The translations under genes and the position numbers were made by a program. From contig CAWFQL010000009.1 of assembly GCA_963817915.1 (NCBI GenBank), forward strand, positions 96,001 to 160,000: 64,000 bases of DNA. The letters run 5' to 3'. This DNA is from an uncultured candidate division Zixibacteria bacterium. Lineage in GTDB: Bacteria; Zixibacteria; MSB-5A5; UBA10806. This document shows positions 9,375 through 20,248 of this stretch, in pieces (within the stretch, counting starts at the first letter, position 1; each line of letters starts with the position of its first letter). Under the pieces are notes generated by a model. The model was not told the origin of the DNA and ran no database searches. It worked only from the letters and a program-made list of their open reading frames with translations.

Positions 9375-11516
9375 ATGAATCTGGCCGAATTTATCATAGC
9401 AGTCGAATCATACAATTCCAATATCAATGTTTCGCTGCTGCGCAGAGCCTATGAATTTTCCGATCGTGCGCATGCCGGCCAATTCCGGGAATCAGGCGAT
9501 CCCTTCATCGAGCATTGCCTGAATGTCGCGTTCATTCTATCGGAACTGCATATGGATTCAGCCTCGATTGCGGCAGGCCTTCTTCACGACTCGGTTGAGG
9601 ATAAACGCGCGACAATAATTGAAGTCAGAAATGAATTCGGGGAGGAAATCTCCGATCTCGTTGACGGTCTGACAAAGATATCCGGACTTAATTTCAAAAG
9701 CTTCGCTGAAGAGCAGGTCGAGTATATCCGCAAAATGCTTTTATCGATGGCCAAAGATATCAGGGTAATGGTAATCAAACTTGCGGATCGCCTGCATAAT
9801 ATGAGAACTCTCGATCCCCTGCCATATGAAAAGCGCCTCAGAATCGCCTTGGAAACTAAGGAAATTTATGCTCCTTTGGCTCACCGCCTTGGAATGGCAA
9901 AATTGAAATGGGAACTTGAGGATTTATCATTCAAACATCTTTATCCAACCGAATATGCTGAGATAGACAAAAGAATTCAGGAGACTCATCTCGAACGGGA
10001 AGCCTACATAAACGAACTTACCGGCCCGCTTAGGATCGCTTTGGAAAAGGCAAATATCAAAGCTGAGATAACCGGCCGGGCCAAACATTTTTATTCGATA
10101 TTCAGGAAGATCAATGTTCGCGGTGTGCCATTTGATCAGATTTATGATCTACTGGCCATGCGTGTAATTGTCAACGATGTCACCGAATGTTATCATGCTC
10201 TCGGTATTATTCATACTATGTGGGCGCCGGTACCCGATAGATTTCATGACTACATAGCTAATCCGAAATCTAATATGTACCGTTCTCTTCATACCACTGT
10301 AATGGGGCCTAATGGCAAAATGGTAGAAGTCCAAATTCGAACCCATGCCATGCATTACGCGGCCGAATTTGGAATCGCGGCTCATTGGCTATATAAAGAG
10401 GGAAAGAAAAACCAGGGTGAACTCGATAAGCAAATGGTATGGCTCCGCGAAATTCTCGAATGGCAACGTGAGCTCACCAATCCCGAAGAATTCATGGAGT
10501 ATTTGAAAATAGATCTCTTTCAGGAAGATATATTTGTCTACACGCCTGCGGGCGAATTAAAACAATTGCCTAGAGATTCTACGCCACTCGATTTCGCGTT
10601 TGCGGTTCATACCGATGTTGGCTTCCACTGCGTAGGCGCGAAAGTTAATTCGAAATTTGTCCCTCTAACTACGAAACTCAAAAGCGGTGATGAAATAGAA
10701 ATCAAAACCTCGCCTCATCAGACTCCCAGCCAGGATTGGCTGAAAATCGTCAAAACGGCGCGGGCCAAATCGAAAATCAAACATTGGCTGAAGCAAAAGG
10801 GATATGAACAATCGGTCGCGCTTGGCAAAGAAATATTGGAACGGGATATTAAGAAGCGCCATATAGGTCCGCTCAATGAGAATCAACTTCTCGATATTGC
10901 GGCCATGAATGGTTTCATGGATATCGATCAGATGTTTTCAAGTCTCGGTTCGGGATCGTCGTCATCCCATACTTTGCTAAATAAATATCTTCCGCAGCAG
11001 GAAAAACCCGAAACAGGTATTGACCAGCAGGCAATCGAAAAATCAAAAGGATCTTCAAAAGGGATTAGGATTGAGGCTGTCAAGAATTTGATGTACCACT
11101 TTGCTTCCTGCTGCCAGCCTGTACCGGGGGAACAAATAGTAGGTTTTGTAACCAGGGGAAGAGGACTTACGATTCATCGAGTTGATTGCGAGAATGCGGC
11201 TGCTATTTTTGACGAGCCCGAACGGCGAGTGGATGTCGAATGGGACGTTGAAAAAGGTCAGTCATTCCTCGTCCGCTTGCAAGCTTTGGTTGATGACCGA
11301 AAGAATTTGCTAAAGGATATAACCGAAGCGGTGACAGATGCCGATATTAACATGCGAGGTGGAGAGATATCAACCGGTACATCGCCTGCCATTGGCAAAT
11401 TTATAATAGAGATACAAAACTATGGACAACTCACGCGCGTTATTGCTAAAATAAGGAAGGTGCCAGGGGTTCTTTCGATTGAAAGAGATAATTCAACGAG
11501 CGATAAGACAATTTGA
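9375..11516 (+). CDS. rel: Bifunctional (p)ppGpp synthetase/hydrolase (long RSH)
   Basis: HD domain (LLHDSVED, IKLADRLHNMRTL), synthetase (YRSLHT, EVQIRT), TGS, CCQPVPG and ACT domains. Confidence 0.95.
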   Translation: MNLAEFIIAVESYNSNINVSLLRRAYEFSDRAHAGQFRESGDPFIEHCLNVAFILSELHMDSASIAAGLLHDSVEDKRATIIEVRNEFGEEISDLVDGLTKISGLNFKSFAEEQVEYIRKMLLSMAKDIRVMVIKLADRLHNMRTLDPLPYEKRLRIALETKEIYAPLAHRLGMAKLKWELEDLSFKHLYPTEYAEIDKRIQETHLEREAYINELTGPLRIALEKANIKAEITGRAKHFYSIFRKINVRGVPFDQIYDLLAMRVIVNDVTECYHALGIIHTMWAPVPDRFHDYIANPKSNMYRSLHTTVMGPNGKMVEVQIRTHAMHYAAEFGIAAHWLYKEGKKNQGELDKQMVWLREILEWQRELTNPEEFMEYLKIDLFQEDIFVYTPAGELKQLPRDSTPLDFAFAVHTDVGFHCVGAKVNSKFVPLTTKLKSGDEIEIKTSPHQTPSQDWLKIVKTARAKSKIKHWLKQKGYEQSVALGKEILERDIKKRHIGPLNENQLLDIAAMNGFMDIDQMFSSLGSGSSSSHTLLNKYLPQQEKPETGIDQQAIEKSKGSSKGIRIEAVKNLMYHFASCCQPVPGEQIVGFVTRGRGLTIHRVDCENAAAIFDEPERRVDVEWDVEKGQSFLVRLQALVDDRKNLLKDITEAVTDADINMRGGEISTGTSPAIGKFIIEIQNYGQLTRVIAKIRKVPGVLSIERDNSTSDKTI

Positions 11517-11517
11517 A

Positions 11518-12237
11518 ATGACAACAACTCGGACCAACCTGACAATTGAATACGAAAAATTCCACGACCTGGGATTTTCAGCGGGAATAACTCTGAAAGG
11601 CCAATGGGGAGCGGAAAATACTGTTAGAGACTTTATAAGGAAGGAAATTATGCCTGCCGGGTATAAAGCTGTATTTCCAGTTCAGGTTCATGGCGCTGAA
11701 ATAGAATATATCGATACCAAGAATGCGGGCCAACGATTTCAAGCCGATGGAGTTTTTAGCAATTCTAATAATATTTGCCTGACTATCACTACCGCCGATT
11801 GCATGCCATTGATAATGGCTGAAAAAAGATCCGGGTATTTCGCTGCAGTACATGTGGGCTGGAGAAGTTATCTTAGCGGTATTGTCGAGAATGCTTTTGA
11901 TAAATTTATAAATAGCGGTGTTAACGTTGCCGAGATTTATTGTCAACTTGGCCCCGCGATAGGTAAATGCTGCTTCGAGATCGGCAAAGAAGTGGCAATC
12001 CTGTTTGAGCCGGAAATAGTATTTGAAAGGGATGGAAAATATTTTGCAGACTTGAGAAAAGGAATATTAAATAAACTGACAAAAATAGGAGCTAAAAAAT
12101 CTAATGTATTGAATCTCGACGAATGTACAAGTTGTATGAGCGACCGATATTATTCTTATCGCAGGGATAAGGATACGCCGGTCCAGATGATTAGCTATAT
12201 TTATCATAATAGCCAAAATGGAGGAGGATCATTTTGA
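11518..12237 (+). CDS. pgeF: YfiH/PgeF family purine nucleoside phosphorylase
   Basis: QVHG, TADCMP, HVGWR, GPAIGKCCFE and YYSYRR motifs. Confidence 0.9.
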   Translation: MTTTRTNLTIEYEKFHDLGFSAGITLKGQWGAENTVRDFIRKEIMPAGYKAVFPVQVHGAEIEYIDTKNAGQRFQADGVFSNSNNICLTITTADCMPLIMAEKRSGYFAAVHVGWRSYLSGIVENAFDKFINSGVNVAEIYCQLGPAIGKCCFEIGKEVAILFEPEIVFERDGKYFADLRKGILNKLTKIGAKKSNVLNLDECTSCMSDRYYSYRRDKDTPVQMISYIYHNSQNGGGSF

Positions 12238-12833
12238 AAAAGACATTAATTGCTCTCGCAGCGAGCATGATATGCGCCGCGACCGCCAACGCGGGCATTA
12301 CGGGATTGGGACTTGGAATTCATGGTGGGATAGTCTCAGGTTATAAGAATCCCATTCTTCAGGAAAGTATCATCATTAACCCAACCTATGCCGGATTCGA
12401 TCTTACAAACAAGATGACCGATATCGGGGCTCATTTGAATATTGGGACGCTTCAAATTATCGATATCGTCCTGGACCTGGATTACGCTTGGAAGAAACAG
12501 CAGATTATTTCGGGTCTTGACCTTACATTCTCTGATGTTTCTATCGCCGCGTCTGTCAAAAAGAGCCTGCCATTGCCGGTAGTAAAGCCTTATGCCGGGC
12601 TTGGAGTCGCCATGCATTGGGTGGCCTATTCTTTAAGCGTGGGCGGTCATAACATAGTATTGCCGGATAATCAAAGCAAGTTAGGATTAATCATAAGGGG
12701 AGGGGTCGAGCTTAGCATCCCTATGTTTCCATTGACACCTTTTCTCGAATATAGATATAATACGATTCAGACCACTGGTAAGGCCGTCCATTATTCTGCC
12801 ATTATTGGCGGCCTGACTTTGAATTTACCGTAA
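12234..12833 (+). CDS. Outer-membrane beta-barrel protein
   Basis: Signal peptide ending ANA, alternating beta-strands, KPYAGLG motif; GGAGGA RBS. Confidence 0.75.
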   Translation: MKKTLIALAASMICAATANAGITGLGLGIHGGIVSGYKNPILQESIIINPTYAGFDLTNKMTDIGAHLNIGTLQIIDIVLDLDYAWKKQQIISGLDLTFSDVSIAASVKKSLPLPVVKPYAGLGVAMHWVAYSLSVGGHNIVLPDNQSKLGLIIRGGVELSIPMFPLTPFLEYRYNTIQTTGKAVHYSAIIGGLTLNLP

Positions 12834-12846
12834 GCAGGAGGGTAAT

Positions 12847-13455
12847 TTGAAAAAGGTTTTAACAACAATAATTTTCGTCGCAGTTGCGTTCCAATCAGCT
12901 TTTGCACAATATACTGGACAATTGACTCCGGCCGAAACGGTTTATAAGGGAAGCTCGATAGGTGGAGTATATGCGGGCATTTATGAAAGTGCCATCGGAA
13001 TTTTGGGTCAGTACAGATATGGGGTCGGTGGCTATACCGATGTCGGCGCTATGCTGGGATTTGTTGACATAGACCATGCCAGCGGCGGAGTGGTCTTTAA
13101 TTTTGACGCCAAATATCAGGTTATGGAAATGAGGATTCAGGACCCGATCGATTTATCTGTCGGCGGACTATTCGGCTTTTCCATATTTGATCATGTGAAT
13201 ACAATCTCATTCGGGGGCACGGTCACAGGATCTTATCCATTTAAGATGCGCAACGGACGAACCATGACTCCATACGGTCGATTTATTCTCAGGATAGATA
13301 GGGAAGACATTGATCATCATGGCTCCGATACCAATTTCCAGATTGGATTTAATCTTGGCGGGTCGCTGCAATTATCATCGTCAACTCGGGCCGTTGCCGA
13401 ATTGCAATTCGATGACGTTATGGGATTCTATATGGGTCTGGATTTCGGCCTATAG
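12847..13455 (+). CDS. Outer-membrane beta-barrel protein
   Basis: Signal peptide ending AFA, amphipathic strands, terminal YMGLDFGL strand; GGAGG RBS. Confidence 0.7.
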   Translation: MKKVLTTIIFVAVAFQSAFAQYTGQLTPAETVYKGSSIGGVYAGIYESAIGILGQYRYGVGGYTDVGAMLGFVDIDHASGGVVFNFDAKYQVMEMRIQDPIDLSVGGLFGFSIFDHVNTISFGGTVTGSYPFKMRNGRTMTPYGRFILRIDREDIDHHGSDTNFQIGFNLGGSLQLSSSTRAVAELQFDDVMGFYMGLDFGL

Positions 13456-13457
13456 CC

Positions 13458-14258
13458 ATGACCCTGATTCAATCTATCATACTTGGAATTGTACAGGGGT
13501 TAACTGAATTTCTTCCGGTATCTTCATCGGGGCATCTCGTCCTATTCGAAAAAATCCTGAATGTTGAAGCGCACGACATAGTGTTCGAAGTGCTTGTTCA
13601 TGTGGGTACAATGTTGGCCGTTGTTGTATATTTCCGAAAGAAATTACTAAAGATATTTATGGCCTTTATTGGTTCAATGATCGGACAAGCTGATTCTGAT
13701 TCGAAAAAGCTCGATGCCCGCCTCGGATGGTATATCATTTTAGGTACAATCCCGGCGGGCATTATCGGTGTTCTTTTCAAACACAAAATAGAGGCCGCAT
13801 TCGCTTCTCCTAAATGGACTGCCGTTATGCTGCTTGTAACTGCCGTAATTCTCTTTTCAACCAGGTTTGCTGTTAAGACCGCTAAGCCTTTGAATTTTAT
13901 GAAATCGATAATAATTGGTATCGCGCAGGCAGTCGCGATTTTGCCGGGTATATCCCGTTCAGGAAGCACAATATCCGCGGGAATGCATATCGGGGTCGAT
14001 AGAGAAGAGGCTGCAGAGTTTTCGTTTCTGCTTTCGATACCGGCCATAATCGGCGCGGCGATTCTCAAGATACTGGATTTCGTGAAGCAACGGCCTGATA
14101 CATCGCTCGTTGCCAATTATTTAATCGCGGCCTTAATTGCGGCGGTTATCGGATATATCTCGATTTCAGTCCTATTGAGAATAGTTAAGAAGGGCAAATT
14201 TTTCTATTTCGGACTTTATTGTCTGATCGCGGGTGCATTCGGACTGCTATTTTTGTGA
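13458..14258 (+). CDS. uppP: Undecaprenyl-diphosphate phosphatase
   Basis: QGLTEFLPVSSSGH, PGISRSGSTI and AAEFSFLLSIP motifs. Confidence 0.96.
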   Translation: MTLIQSIILGIVQGLTEFLPVSSSGHLVLFEKILNVEAHDIVFEVLVHVGTMLAVVVYFRKKLLKIFMAFIGSMIGQADSDSKKLDARLGWYIILGTIPAGIIGVLFKHKIEAAFASPKWTAVMLLVTAVILFSTRFAVKTAKPLNFMKSIIIGIAQAVAILPGISRSGSTISAGMHIGVDREEAAEFSFLLSIPAIIGAAILKILDFVKQRPDTSLVANYLIAALIAAVIGYISISVLLRIVKKGKFFYFGLYCLIAGAFGLLFL

Positions 14259-15344
14259 AATCTCCTCATAAAATACTTATTTTCAGGCAAAGCTCTCTCG
14301 GAGATGTCATACTTACTTTGCCTGTTATTCGCAAAATGAAGGAAGCTTTTCCTGATGTCGAAATTGATTTTCTAACGAAACGCTTGTATTCCGAGGTTGT
14401 TGATTCCGACCCTGCAATTTCAAGAATCATCACATTTGCTGATAGCGCTTCATTTAGCGCGGTTTTGAAAAAACTGCGAACTAATAAATATGATCTGATA
14501 ATTGACCTTCAGTCAAATTTACGTTCAATGCTCTTGCTGACATTTCTATTTCCGACGAAAATGATAAGCTATCGAAAACGCCGTTTTGCGCGGGAAATGG
14601 TTGTTCGCAGGTCTCATCTGAAATTGAGCGTGGATCATACGATTCATTCCTATCTGACCACATTAAAAAAACTTGGTATAGATGATAAGCCAATCCCTCC
14701 AGTAATTGCGTTGCCGGAAGGCGCGCGTAGTTTTGCAACAGACTATTTAGCCGAACATGGATTTAATAAATTGAAGAGAATAATCGCCTTCTGTCCAGGT
14801 GCCAAACATTTCGAAAAACGATGGCCTTTTGAGCAATATAAAGAGACCGCGCTTCAATTATTGAAGAATCCTGATATAGGAATAATTGTATTTTCGATGA
14901 CCGGAGATGAATTTGCGGACAATCTTGAAATTGATGAACCTCGCTTGTGCGCGGCCCGCGATTTTTCTATTCACAATTCCGCGGCGCTGCTGGCCCAATG
15001 CGATCTAGCTCTTACCAATGATTCCGGATTGATGCATTTGGCGAATGCTGTCCGCACTCCGGTAGTAGCAATCTTCGGTCCCACAAACCCTCGGTTGGGC
15101 TTTGCGCCTGCGTTGCCGGGGTCAGTTGTGGTTTGTGATGATGTCTCATGTTCGCCATGCAGCGTCCACGGCCAGAATCGCGTGCTATCAGCCGCATAAA
15201 TACTGCTTTGAAAAAATAACGCCCGCGCGGATAATCGATATCATAGACAAAATGTGTTCAAGAAAATCCCAAAAACAGTCTATAACTACTGAACCAGATA
15301 TCCGTTCGATGCGAGTCAGGGCTTGCCCTGACCGCACATTATAG
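14255..15344 (+). CDS. GT9 heptosyltransferase II-like, frameshift near 15178
   Basis: SSLGDVILTLP and TNDSGLMHLANA; C-terminal CSPCSVHG continues as CYQPHKYCFEKI in another frame. Confidence 0.85.
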
Positions 15345-15435
15345 TACGATGCGTCACTTCAAGACGTGAATCGCAAGTATCAGACATTCATACATATTCT
15401 TGCATTATTCTCATATAATGAATATCTTTAATACT

Positions 15436-16429
15436 ATGGAAAAGATCGAGGCCAGATATTATGAAAAACTGGATTCGGAAAAGGTCCATTGCCATCTCTG
15501 CCCGGCTGAATGTAAAATCGCGCCCGGGCATAATGGTATCTGCATGATCCGTTCCAATGATAATGGCACTTTATACGCGTCCGAATACGGAAACACCGTA
15601 GCTTTAAATCTCGATCCTATTGAAAAGAAGCCGCTGTACCATTTCAAGCCGGGAAGCCAAATTCTATCGATCGGCCCGAACGGCTGCAATTTCGCCTGTG
15701 CATTTTGTCAGAATTGGACAATATCACAGGAGCACGCAAACAGCAGATATATTTCGCCTGATGACCTTGTAAAATTGGCCGGAAGCAATGGCTCTATAGG
15801 AGTTGCCTACACATACACGGAACCGTTAATCTGGTTTGAATATGTCCTCGATACTGCAAAATTGTTGAAATCCGGCAGGATTGTGTACAGTGATTGTCTC
15901 CAATGGCTATATTAACGAAGAACCTGCCAGAGAATTATTCCGCTATATCGACGCCGCCAATATCGATCTAAAATCGATCAGGCCTGATTTTTATCGGAAA
16001 GTATGCAAAGGCAAATTGGCCGATGTTCAGAGGACGATAAATATCGCCTTGGAAATGGGAGTTCATGTCGAATTGACCAATCTGCTGATTCCCAATTATA
16101 ACGATACTGAAGACGAAATCCGTGAATTGGTCAATTGGGTATCTGAGCTTGATCCAACTCCCGTTCTGCATTTTTCGCGGTATTTCCCCAATTATAAACT
16201 CGAAGCCCCGCCGACCTCCCCGGACAAGCTCAAATATGCTTATGACACGGCCAGGGCGAAGCTAAAATATGTATATTTAGGCAATATATCCGGAGTTGGA
16301 AATCCAGATACTGTTTGCAATAAATGCGGAACTGTCTTAATAAAAAGATCAAATTATGATATTGAAATTACTGGCCTTAATGGCAATAAATGCGCGAATT
16401 GCGAAGAAAAAATCGATGTGGTGACATGA
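15436..16429 (+). CDS. amrS: AmmeMemoRadiSam system radical SAM enzyme, frameshift near 15873
   Basis: CHLCPAEC, DPIEKKPLYHF, CNFACAFCQNW, AYTYTEP; continues with SNGYI, AANIDLK, LHFSRYFP in the second frame. Confidence 0.9.
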
Positions 16430-16447
16430 TATGAAAGGGGCTTTTTA

Positions 16448-17662
16448 ATGGCTGTAAAAAATGATGTCAGGGCATGGAAGTTATCGAAACGGGCAATTGA
16501 AGTCCAAGCCTCGCCTATAAGAAAATTGATGCCTTACGCCGACGAGGCCAAGAGACGCGGTATAAGCGTCTATCATTTGAATATAGGCCAGCCGGATATA
16601 GAAACACCGCCGGAATTTTGGGATGCTGTCAAACACTACTCTCAAAAGGTGCTTGCCTACGGCCATTCTCAGGGACTGACCTCCTATCTGAAAGCGTTAT
16701 GCGGCTACTATTCAAAATGCGGTCTTCAATTTTCCCCAGAGAATATAGTTGTCACGACCGGGGGCTCCGAAGCGATAGTGTTTGCGTTTCTTTTAGTTTG
16801 TGAGCCGGGCGATAAGATTATCGTATTTGAGCCATTCTATACCAATTATAATGGTTTCGCGACAATGGCCGATATCGAACTTGTGCCGGTAGTTACGAAA
16901 GCCGAGAACGGCTTCCATTTACCGGATAGAAGCGAAATTGAAGATGCGATTGATGACAAAGTTCGCGGGATAATTATCTGCAATCCCAATAATCCTACCG
17001 GCACGTTATTCTCATATGATGAGATGGAAATGCTCGCGGATATCTGCCGTCAGAATGGCTTATATATCTTGTCCGATGAGGTCTACCGCGAATTTGTCTA
17101 TGAAGGCAAACATACCTCGATATTCGATATCCCGGATGTCGACGAATTCGCCATCATGCTCGATTCGATCAGTAAACGATACTCCGCTTGCGGCGCGAGA
17201 ATTGGCAATTTAGTTACCCGGAATAAGAAGCTACATGAAGCCGCCGTTAAATTTGGCCAGGCAAGGCTTTGCTCTCCGACTTTGGAGCAAGTCGGGGCAG
17301 AGGCCGCCTTAAAATTAGGTCCCGAATATTTCCAAAAGATTATCGGTGAATACAAGAAACGCCGCGATATAGTATACGATGGCCTTATGGCGATTGAAGG
17401 GGCTTTATGCATGAAGCCGGCCGGGGCATTCTATACTCAAGCCCGTTTGCCTATTTCCGATTCAGAAGAATTCGCGAAATTCATGCTTGCCGATTTTTCT
17501 GTGGATAAAAAAACAGTCATGGTAGCTCCGGGCCCCGGGTTTTACGCATCGCCCGGAAAGGGGCTCGATGAGTGCCGTATCGCCTATGTACTCAATACCG
17601 ATTCATTAAAGGATGCGATGAGAATTCTTAAGCTGGGGGTGGAGGCCTTCAATAATAGATGA
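16448..17662 (+). CDS. PLP-dependent aminotransferase class I/II
   Basis: LNIGQPD, CNPNNPTG, SDEVY and SISKRYSACGARIG motifs. Confidence 0.93.
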   Translation: MAVKNDVRAWKLSKRAIEVQASPIRKLMPYADEAKRRGISVYHLNIGQPDIETPPEFWDAVKHYSQKVLAYGHSQGLTSYLKALCGYYSKCGLQFSPENIVVTTGGSEAIVFAFLLVCEPGDKIIVFEPFYTNYNGFATMADIELVPVVTKAENGFHLPDRSEIEDAIDDKVRGIIICNPNNPTGTLFSYDEMEMLADICRQNGLYILSDEVYREFVYEGKHTSIFDIPDVDEFAIMLDSISKRYSACGARIGNLVTRNKKLHEAAVKFGQARLCSPTLEQVGAEAALKLGPEYFQKIIGEYKKRRDIVYDGLMAIEGALCMKPAGAFYTQARLPISDSEEFAKFMLADFSVDKKTVMVAPGPGFYASPGKGLDECRIAYVLNTDSLKDAMRILKLGVEAFNNR

Positions 17663-18606
17663 AAAAATGCTACGGCGGTATTGATCTTGGGGGAAGCTTT
17701 ATAAAGGCTGGATTGATTGATATAAGAGGCAAACAATTCGCTAAATTTAAAATCCCCACAAATGTAGAATCGGGCATTCCCGCGGTAAAATCGAATCTCT
17801 TACAAGCCGCAAAAATGCTGGTAGTTTCCGCGGCGGATATGAAATTTGCTCTCTCCGGCATCGGGATCGGAAGCCCGGGCACTATCAAATTTCCTCAGGG
17901 AATTGTTACGGGTGCCACTCCTAATATACCGGGATGGATCGGAACCAATATCAGCAGCATATTTTCTAAATTCAAAATTCCAGTTGCCGCGGATAATGAC
18001 GCTAATTGCATGGGGCTCGCTGAGGCTCATTACGGCGCTGGCAAGGGGACTGAGTCGGGATTTTATCTGACGCTTGGAACAGGGATCGGCGGCGCAATAG
18101 TTATTGACGGCAAATTGCTTAGAGGAGCGAGCTACGCCGCAGGAGAATTCGGACACATGGTTTTTAAATTTAACGGCAAATTATGCAAGGCGGGGCATCG
18201 TGGATGTCTTGAGAGCTACGCCGCCGCTCCGGCACTGATTCATGAGACTCAAAAATATATCGATAAATCTAAATCATCAAAATTGAAAAATCTCGGCCCC
18301 AAATTAACGCCTGAAGATATCTTCCGTGCCTTTAGAGCTGGTGATCGAGCCGCTGTGAAAAGCGTAAATGAGAATGCCGAAATGATCGGTGTAGCGATCG
18401 GTTCAATCGTCAATCTTCTAAATCCGCAAATAGTTGTAATAGGCGGTGGTCTCTCACATGGGGGCGGTAAATATATCGATCTTATAAAAAAACATACCCT
18501 GGCTTTCGCGTTTACTTCGACTACATCCATATTGAAAATAAAAAAGGCAAGATTCGGGAATGATGCCGGATGGATCGGTGCCGCCTGCCTTGTAATCCCC
18601 GATTAA
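17659..18606 (+). CDS. ROK family sugar kinase
   Basis: GIDLGGS, DNDAN, TLGTGIGG and AGEFGH motifs. Confidence 0.92.
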   Translation: MKKCYGGIDLGGSFIKAGLIDIRGKQFAKFKIPTNVESGIPAVKSNLLQAAKMLVVSAADMKFALSGIGIGSPGTIKFPQGIVTGATPNIPGWIGTNISSIFSKFKIPVAADNDANCMGLAEAHYGAGKGTESGFYLTLGTGIGGAIVIDGKLLRGASYAAGEFGHMVFKFNGKLCKAGHRGCLESYAAAPALIHETQKYIDKSKSSKLKNLGPKLTPEDIFRAFRAGDRAAVKSVNENAEMIGVAIGSIVNLLNPQIVVIGGGLSHGGGKYIDLIKKHTLAFAFTSTTSILKIKKARFGNDAGWIGAACLVIPD

Positions 18607-18607
18607 A

Positions 18608-19990
18608 ATGAATCAGACCGCAAACAATCATAAATGGCTGATTCTATCGGTTGCCTCAACAGGTATACTATTAGGCACTATCGATGGCTCGATTGTTGGA
18701 ATTGCGCTGCCATCCATAAGCGAATACTTCAAGACATCTGTGCAGGACGCGGCCTGGGTGACAATGAGTTATTTAATTGTCATCACGACATTTTTATTAA
18801 TTTTCGGAAAGCTCTCCGATATAATCGGGCAGAAGATCATATTTACGATCGGCCTGGCAGTCTTCACGGTTAGCTCTCTGCTGTGCTCGCTTTCTGCAAG
18901 CATGATGCAATTGATAATATTCCGAGCTGTGCAAGGGCTTGGCGCATCAATGATAATTTCGAATACAACCGCCATCGTAACCAACGCCTTTCCCTCTGAC
19001 CAACGAGGTTCAAGCCTGGGGATAATAGGCGCAGTAGTCTCGGTGGGCCTCATGACCGGTCCTTTTTTGGGGGGGATCATCGTACACTATTTTGGTTGGC
19101 ATTACATCTTTCTGGTCAATCTTCCAATAGGCGCACTCGGCATTTTCATGGCAATAAAATTCCTTCCGTCCAAGGAACAAGGTGCACCTAAAAAGCTTTT
19201 TCATTTTCTCGACGCCTTATTATGGATAATTATCATCTTCTGCCTTGTTGGCATTTTCAGGGTATTGAGCGAGCCCAATCTGAATATAGCCTATTTACTC
19301 ACAGTAATAGCGCTGTTCATATTTTTTATTGCAGTATTTTTCATCCGGCAATTAAAAGAGGAAATTCCGCTATTCAATCCATCTTTCTTTAGGAATAATA
19401 TTTTCCTCTATTCGCTTTGTTCGGGCTTTTTCGTATTCGTCTCAATGACCGGGATTTCATTCATGCTTCCATTTTTCTTCGAACGATCCCTGGGACTAAG
19501 CACATTTAACACAGGGAATATCCTGGTCGCGCTGCCGGCATCGACAGCCCTGATGGCCCCGATAGCCGGATATTTATCCGATAAGCTGGGTCAGCGATTG
19601 ATATCAACCATAGGACTGGCTACTTCAAGCATCGGGATCGCGCTGATGTTTTTCGTCCATCAGGGTGCTTCCATATTACATATTATCATAAATCTGGCCA
19701 TTTTTGGCTTTGGAATAGGGATGTTTAGCTCGCCGAATAATTCAGCTTTGATGGGATCTGTCGATTATAAAGATAGGGGGACCGCTTCCGGGGTCCTTTC
19801 AACAATGAGGAATTTGGGAATGGTATCAGGAGTCGGCATAGTCAGTCTTCTTTTCAATTCGCGGCTGCAAAATATGCAGGAATCGGATTCGATACATTAT
19901 GCCAACGCGTTTACCTGGGCATTGCCATTTATTCTAGGGTTCATGCTGATAGGAATCTTTTTTTCGGCCTCAAGGAGATCAGTTAGATAA
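18608..19990 (+). CDS. MFS transporter, DHA2 (14-TM) family
   Basis: FGKLSDIIGQK, FRAVQGLG, WHYIFLVNLPIG motifs. Confidence 0.92.
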   Translation: MNQTANNHKWLILSVASTGILLGTIDGSIVGIALPSISEYFKTSVQDAAWVTMSYLIVITTFLLIFGKLSDIIGQKIIFTIGLAVFTVSSLLCSLSASMMQLIIFRAVQGLGASMIISNTTAIVTNAFPSDQRGSSLGIIGAVVSVGLMTGPFLGGIIVHYFGWHYIFLVNLPIGALGIFMAIKFLPSKEQGAPKKLFHFLDALLWIIIIFCLVGIFRVLSEPNLNIAYLLTVIALFIFFIAVFFIRQLKEEIPLFNPSFFRNNIFLYSLCSGFFVFVSMTGISFMLPFFFERSLGLSTFNTGNILVALPASTALMAPIAGYLSDKLGQRLISTIGLATSSIGIALMFFVHQGASILHIIINLAIFGFGIGMFSSPNNSALMGSVDYKDRGTASGVLSTMRNLGMVSGVGIVSLLFNSRLQNMQESDSIHYANAFTWALPFILGFMLIGIFFSASRRSVR

Positions 19991-20166
19991 TGGGCGTTAA
20001 AAGGGAATATATCGGTGTTACATTTCAATGCTGCCATGTTTACACTCGAATATATGTAAATAAAAAGCGAAACGCGTTTGTTGGATGGTGTCCTAAGTGC
20101 GGAGTGAAAATGGAGGTCTTTGTTTCTACGGAAGGATCCGACTCCAGATTTTTTACGGCCAAGTGA
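19990..20166 (+). CDS. Small Cys-rich hypothetical protein (58 aa), absent from the ORF track
   Basis: MGVKREYIGVTFQCCHVYTRIYVNKKRNAFVGWCPKCGVKMEVFVSTEGSDSRFFTAK; ATG overlaps the MFS stop (TAATG). Confidence 0.8.
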   Translation: MGVKREYIGVTFQCCHVYTRIYVNKKRNAFVGWCPKCGVKMEVFVSTEGSDSRFFTAK

Positions 20167-20248
20167 TTAAATGAGTTGATTTTTTCTGAATAAAGAATGA
20201 TATTAACAAAGAAATTAATAAATTAGTACCTGAGCAGGCAGGAAAAAG

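Noticed and set aside
15345..15400. Structured RNA or riboswitch upstream of amrS
   Set aside because: Only a weak imperfect hairpin; no recognisable aptamer motif
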